Shown: piece by piece, positions 37,290 to 42,852 of the stretch
Layout of the letters: every line of letters begins with the position of its first letter
Position numbering within the stretch: the stretch's first letter is position 1
Source: Chiloscyllium plagiosum
Lineage: Eukaryota
Reading direction: 5' to 3'
DNA length: 42,852 bases
Assembly: GCF_004010195.1 (NCBI RefSeq)
Contig: NW_025215375.1
Location: 124,001-166,852 of the forward strand
The notes under the pieces: generated by a model
The model's database searches: none
Seen by the model: only the letters and a program-made list of their open reading frames with translations
What the model was told of the DNA's origin: nothing
Position numbers and translations under genes: made by a program

Positions 37290-38100
37290 GAAGGTGTACA
37301 CAGTCCTACATGCTAGGAGGGCAACTACTCCTGGGTTACATGCCAATGCACTGGGGGAATGTACACAGATCTACATACTGGGAGGGTAACTGCTCCTGGT
37401 TGACAGATCAATGCACTGGGGTGGTATACCCAGCTCTACATATTGGGAGGGCAACTGCCCCGTGTTTACAGATGAATTCACGGGTGATCACTGCACAGGT
37501 CGCTGTGCTTGTCAGACTATCTGGTTGAGGTTTATAGATAATGCAATGATATTGTTTGTGTCGCTTCTTATGCTGGATGGATATTTGTTACAGGTTTTCA
37601 CGTCAATGCCTGCTGTGGTCTCCACAGCTCCCCGTGCTGGGCAGATATCGAGTCCGGGTTTATAGATCAATGCACTGCTGTGGACTGCACTTCTCCCGGT
37701 GCTGGACAGATATCTAGTCCGTGTTTATAGATCAATGCACAGCTGTGTTCTGCACAGCTCCCGATTCTGGATAGATATCTCGTCCTGGTTTATGTATTGC
37801 ACTGATGTGGTCTGCACACTCACCGTGCTGTATAGATATACGGTCTGGGGTTATAGATCAATGCACTGCTATGGTCTGCACAGCTCACCGCGCTGGACAG
37901 ATATATGGTCTGGGTTTATGGATCAATGCCCTGATCTGATCTGTGCAGTGTTCCACTCTGGACAGTTTGCTGGATTGTATTGACCAGGACAATGGATGAA
38001 TCTGGACATATTGTTGGGTTGTACTGAGCAGTATACTGGCCTGGTCTACTCAGTTTTCACGGTGAACAGATATCTCCACTGGGTTTATGATATCTGGGCT
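37290..38100. repeat. ~65-bp degenerate minisatellite, ~10-12 copies
   Basis: An AATGC(A/C)-like anchor recurs at 37345, 37410, 37475, 37540, 37605, 37669, 37734, 37860 and 37925. Confidence 0.9.
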
Positions 38101-38948
38101 GGTTCTGTGAGGTGGATTGACAATGTGGTATATCTAACCATTGCAGCTGATCTGGCAATGCCTTTAGTTCTCATTCCTGTGATTGGACCCTCAGTCTCTC
38201 ACCCCATTAATTTTACAGTGTGCCCCGGCACAGTACATCATGTTGGTGGGATGGATATGAGGGAAAGGTGATGGACAGGTCAAGGAGTTCCCCGGAAAAC
38301 TGTTAACAACATTCTATAACTGCCATTCCCCGGAACGTGCCCCCGACATTCTATAACTGACATTCCCCAGAACGTCCCTGACATTGTTTGTGAACGGCCG
38401 GGTCAGTGAATTGAACAAACAATAAAATCCCGAGGGAGGAGATGCCGTTCCAAGGAGAAGGCGACACTGTTCTGAAGGCCCCTCGGGCAGTTAAAGTGTT
38501 GAATACCTTTTCCCTGCATTTACATTTCTTCACGACACAGGTCGACCACAATTTTGACCAAAACGTAGGAATTTCCAAACTTCGGTTGCCTTCAGGTAAC
38601 TGTAAGAGTATCCTTCAGGACAGCAACTTTTCCACCCTCCGTATTAGGAACTGGGAAGCAGTGACATGCGTCTGACCTGCGTCTGCTCTGTGATCGAGTG
38701 TGTGGGAATGTTCTAGAAACCATCTGTCCTTATGGATGTGTCTGTGTGTTTGGGGAGGGAGGGCTTCTTGTGGTTTATGTCACATTTTTGTCAGTAATTC
38801 CGAAATTTCCATTTGTTATTCCAGCTACAATCATTTTAATAAATCCCTGAATACAGTGACACATTTGAAAATCTCACTGGGTCACCGATCAAACGGGTCC
38901 CTTTGCCTCCAGGCTGATGGATAATGGGTTTGTTTTCCTTCCTCACAG

Positions 38949-39860
38949 TTAACGTAGTGGCCATCTACATCCTGCTTTATAAAGATTGTGGATTGTCTCC
39001 ATGTGTCAGACGTTACCTGGGGGCCATGGCAGCGGCGGATTTCCTGGTCATTATCCTCGACTTGATCCTGAGACACATTCCGATTGTTTATGAGGAACAG
39101 TTTTATTTCCTGAGGTACTCCGTCCCCGTGTGTAATATCCACGCCATCCTGCTTTATGCAGCCACTGACTGCTCTGTCTGGTTTACCGTCACTTGCATCT
39201 TTGATCGGTTTGTTGCCATTTGTTGCCAGAAGCTGAAAAGTAAATATTGCAGTGAGAAAACGGCGGCTGTGGTTCTGGGAGCAGTGACTGTGCTGAGCTG
39301 TTTAAAGAACATTTCCTGGTATTTTATGCTCACGGCTCAGTATCGGCTAATGAACATCCCCTGGTTTTGTGATGTAAGGAACGCTGTTCGATTCTCCACA
39401 GTCTGGGGCACAATCGAGACCCTCCACCACATTCTAACCGCGTGTGCCCCATTTCTCCTGATTCTGCTGTTCAATGTTCTCACCGTCAGACATATTTTAG
39501 TGACCAGCAGAGCCCGCAGGAGACTCCGCGCTCACTCCAATGGGGACGCTCAGTCTGACACAGAAACGAGACACCGAAAAAAAACCCATCATTTTACTGT
39601 TTGTGATCTCGGCCAATTTCATCCTGTTATGGTCAACCTTCATGGTGTATTCTATATGGAGACGGATTTGGTGGATTGGGTATCGGTCTGTGTTTATCGA
39701 TTACTGTGTGCTGGAATTGGGCTTCATGCTTCAGCTCCTCAGTTGCTGCACAAACACCGCTATTTATGCCGTGACCCAGACTAAGTTCAGACAGCAGCTG
39801 AAGAATGTGCTGAAATATCTCTTCACGCAAATCCATCCATCAATCAAATTCCCTCATTAA
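38949..39860 (+). CDS. Main coding exon of the GPR139/GPR142-like class A GPCR (TM1-TM7); +1 frameshift in A8 at 39577-39584 (pseudogene or assembly error)
   Basis: Acceptor TTTTCCTTCCTCACAG; NVVAIYIL, YLGAMAAADFLVII (TM2), SVWFTVTCIFDRFVAIC (DRF), PFLLILLFN (TM5). After the shift: KKPIILLFVISANFILLW (TM6) and LLSCCTNTAIY..TQTKFR (TM7/H8), ending at TAA 39860. Removing one A gives 349 aa from ATG 19465 or 383 aa from ATG 19363. Confidence 0.9.
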
Positions 39861-40259
39861 TCAATCCTTCCGGGATTTACTAATTTCAGTTCAGTGTTTC
39901 AGCTATGGAGCAGCCTGTCGCTATGGTAACAGACTGAGGGTAGCGCTGTTTGACCATCCTTATCCCACAGTGGGGTTACAGGGAAACATTTCAATGTTTC
40001 TCACAACTCAGGGGCTAGTGAGAAAAGGCGCCATCCCACTGGCTGTATCCATCACTTCCATTTGTAAACAAAAATGTTCATTAAAGCCCCCCGAGCAGCA
40101 GAATGACCGATGTTGTTGTGTGTCTTTGTGTTGGAGAAGCTGAGCTGGAGAGAGACAGAGTCAGCCCCAAGTCATGGTCCTCAGGGAAGGGGAGGTGACG
40201 GCGCCCTGAGCTCAGGAGCTGCGTTTACCTCCCTCTGTTCCGAACCGCCACTGCAGCCT

Positions 40260-40567
40260 GGCCTCCCCATTCCTCTCCACTACTCTTTCTCTTCACTTCT
40301 CTCCCCCTCTCACTCTCTTTCTGCACACTGTCTCTTTCTCACCACCTCTCCATTTCACACCCCCCTCTGAGACTCGCACTACCAACTCCCCGTTTCTCCA
40401 CCTGCCTCCACTCTTCCCTCTCCCCTCACCCTCACTCTGCCGTATCTGTCTCCCTCCCGTAATTCCGTCTCTACCTTATTTCCCCTCCTCCCACTTCATA
40501 CATCTCTCTATCATCTCACTCCCACCCTCTACACGCAGCCTCACCACCATATACTCCCCCCCCCCTC
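40260..40567. repeat. CT-rich polypyrimidine low-complexity tract
   Basis: Strongly C/T-biased on the + strand. Confidence 0.85.
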
Positions 40568-40576
40568 AGTCTGGGT

Positions 40577-42494
40577 CAGAGGGAGAGGGAAGAATCAGGG
40601 AGAAAGAGTGTGTCAGAGACAGATGGGGGGAGGGTCAGGAGGGAGAGAGATTCAGTCAGAGAGAAACGGAGGGACGTGGGGAGAGAGACACCGAGGGAGG
40701 GCGATTGAGAGTGAGAGAAGGTGGAAAGAGAGTAAAGGAGCAGGGAGAGAGAGCAGGGGGCAAGAGAGAGATAGGGTGAGAGATGGAAAGAGAGAGACGG
40801 GGAGGAGATAATGAGAGACAGAAGCGAGAGTGAGACTGAGAGAGGTGTGAGGGAGGGGCGAGGCCAATAGATCGGGAGAGGCGAGAGAGAAAGGGGGCAA
40901 GTCTTAGAGAGAGCGAGGAACAAGGAGAGAGAAAGGGGGCGAGAGAAATGGGGAGGCGCGCGAGAGAGAGAGCGAGAAGAGGAGAGAGGGAAGAGGGAGA
41001 GAGAATGAGGGGATGAGAGAGTGAGGGGGCGAGAGAGAGACAGGGGTGAGAGACAGAGAGAGGTGCGAAAAAGTGCAGGATGGCAAGAGAGAGATAGAGG
41101 AGGCAAGAGAGAGAGGGTCGAGAGAGAGAGTGAGTGAGAGGGCAAATGAGACCGAATGGGTGAGAGAGAAGGAGAGTGGGAGGGCGAGAGCGAGTGGGCA
41201 AGAGAGAGTTCGTGTATGTGAAAGTGTTGGGATGAGAGAGAGTGAGAAAGATGGGACGAGAAAGACAGAGAGGCGAGAGAGAGGGGAGAGAGAGAGGAGG
41301 ACAAGACAGATAGAAGGAGAGGCAAGGACTGAGGGGGTGAGAGAAAGAAGGAGCGAGAGAGGGAAGGGGTATTTAAGCGAGAAAGAGAGATGGACAAGAG
41401 AGATTGAGGGGGACAAGAGGGAAAGGGAGCAAGAGAGACAGAAGGAGCAAGAAGGAGAGAAACAGGGTTCGAGAGAGAGGGGGAGGCAAAAGAAAGATAG
41501 AGAGGGTGAGAGAGGGGTGTCGAAAGAGGGGAGCGATGGAGAGAGAAAGGGAATGAGAGAGAGTGGTGGGAAGAGAAAGGGGAAAGAGTGAGAGGGTGGG
41601 AGATAGTGAGCGAAGGCAAGAAAGAGACCGAGGGCAAGAAAGAGAGCGAGGGCTATAGAGAAAGTGTGATGGGCGGAGAGAGAGAGTGAGGGTGAGAGAG
41701 AGAGACACAGGTGGTGAGAGAGGGGAGAGAGAGAGAGAGAGGAAGGGCAAGAAGGAGAGCGGGCTCCATGAGAGGGGGTTTGGCAGAGATGGGGCAAGAG
41801 AGAGAGGGTGACAGCGAGAGCACAGGGGCAAGCGTGGGCGAGACAGAAAGAAAGAGAGAGAAAGTGACAGAGTGAAGGGGAGGGAGGGAGAAAAGAAAGG
41901 AAAGAGAGGGAGAGAATAAGGCGACAGAAGGGAGTCGGCAAGCGCAAGATGGACTGAAAGAGAGAGATCGGTGGGAGAGGCGCACGTGTGTGAAAGAGAG
42001 AGAGACACAGAAAGAGAGAGACAGGGTGAATGAAAGAGAGAGAGAGATGGAGAGATGGTGAGAGAGAGGACAGAGAGAGGAAGGGTTAGAAGGAGAGAGG
42101 GGCGCGTTAGAGGGCTGTTGAGCAAGAGAGGGGACGAAGGGGGCGACGGGAGAGAGCGCGGATGAGAGCAAGGAAGCGGAAGAGTGAGGGAAAGAGAGGC
42201 GGTGAGAGAGGGAGATAGTGAGAGAGACAGACGAGGAGACAGGGCAAGAGATAGAGGGCAAGCAGTAGAAAGAGAGAGGCTGAGCGAGAAAAAGAGAGGA
42301 GCTGATCAAAAGATAGAGAGAGGAGAGTGGAATGGGGTCGAGAGAGGGGACGAGAGAAGGGAGCAAGATAGAAGTAGATGGTGGCAAGAAAATGAGAGAC
42401 AGGGTGCGAGAACGAGAGAGAGAGTAGAAAGAGAGGGAGATGAGACGACAGTGACTCGAGAGAGAGTGAGTGAGCAAGGGTGAGTGCGTCCAGG

Positions 42495-42528
<34 letters not shown>

Positions 42529-42852
42529 CAGAGGGGCGAGATGGTGCGGAGAGAGCGACAGAGCGAGAGAGAGAGAATGTGGAGGGAGAGTGAATGAGTA
42601 GGGTGAGAGAGGTTAAGGGGATGGGAGAGCTATGGTGCGAGAGAGGGGGCAAGAGAGCGAAAGGGGGTGAGAGAGAAAGAGGGCGAGAGAGAGAGTAGGT
42701 GAGAGATAGTGGGCGAGAGAGAGAGAAGGGGCGAGAGAGAGAGTTGGGGCGAGACAGAGGGCAATAGCGAGAGGAGGGGTGAGGCGGTAAGACAGAGATG
42801 GGGCGAGGGAGGGAAAGGGTGGCGTGAGAGAGAGGGGCGAGAGAGAGAGAGG
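40577..42852. repeat. GA-rich polypurine low-complexity tract (>2.2 kb, runs off the window end)
   Basis: Degenerate (GA)n with recurring GGGGCGAGAGAG and GGCAAGAGAG words. Confidence 0.97.

Noticed and set aside
38924..38948. ATG 38924 as the start of a single-exon GPCR
   Set aside because: MGLFSFLT is the translated polypyrimidine tract and acceptor; TM1 would be incomplete, and a matching upstream exon exists.
40576..42652. Long ORFs (181-353 aa) rich in Leu/Ser/Pro or Arg/Glu
   Set aside because: They are artefacts of GA/CT low-complexity DNA that lacks stop codons; several frames are open and none has a domain.

Overview
Repeat-rich vertebrate genomic DNA, not prokaryotic. The repeat families (CR1 LINEs, an HE1-like V-SINE with a (TAATC)n tail, Deu-type SINEs, Penelope-like termini) point to a cartilaginous fish, probably a shark; this is an inference. 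The only host gene I can support is a two-coding-exon GPR139/GPR142-family class A GPCR on the + strand: exon 19363/19465-19603, a 19.3 kb phase-1 intron, and exon 38949-39860. It carries a +1 frameshift in an A8 run (39577-39584), so it is either a young pseudogene or an assembly error. An orphan paralogous first exon with a 42-bp coding-frame tandem repeat lies at 6131-6652, and its old intron (~9.0-11.15 kb) is homologous to ~29.5-32.5 kb, so this is a decayed tandem gene duplication. The rest is nested mobile DNA: many CR1 fragments, an L1, a Gypsy (Gmr1/SCAN-type) LTR element, solo LTRs, SINEs, Penelope-like elements carrying minimal hammerhead-ribozyme motifs, and a gag-deleted class I (epsilon/gamma-like) endogenous retrovirus with a tRNA-His primer-binding site. 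There are also several minisatellites and a terminal CT-to-GA low-complexity block. I found no convincing wholly new biological system. Family names rest on motif recognition by eye, and most repeat boundaries are approximate.
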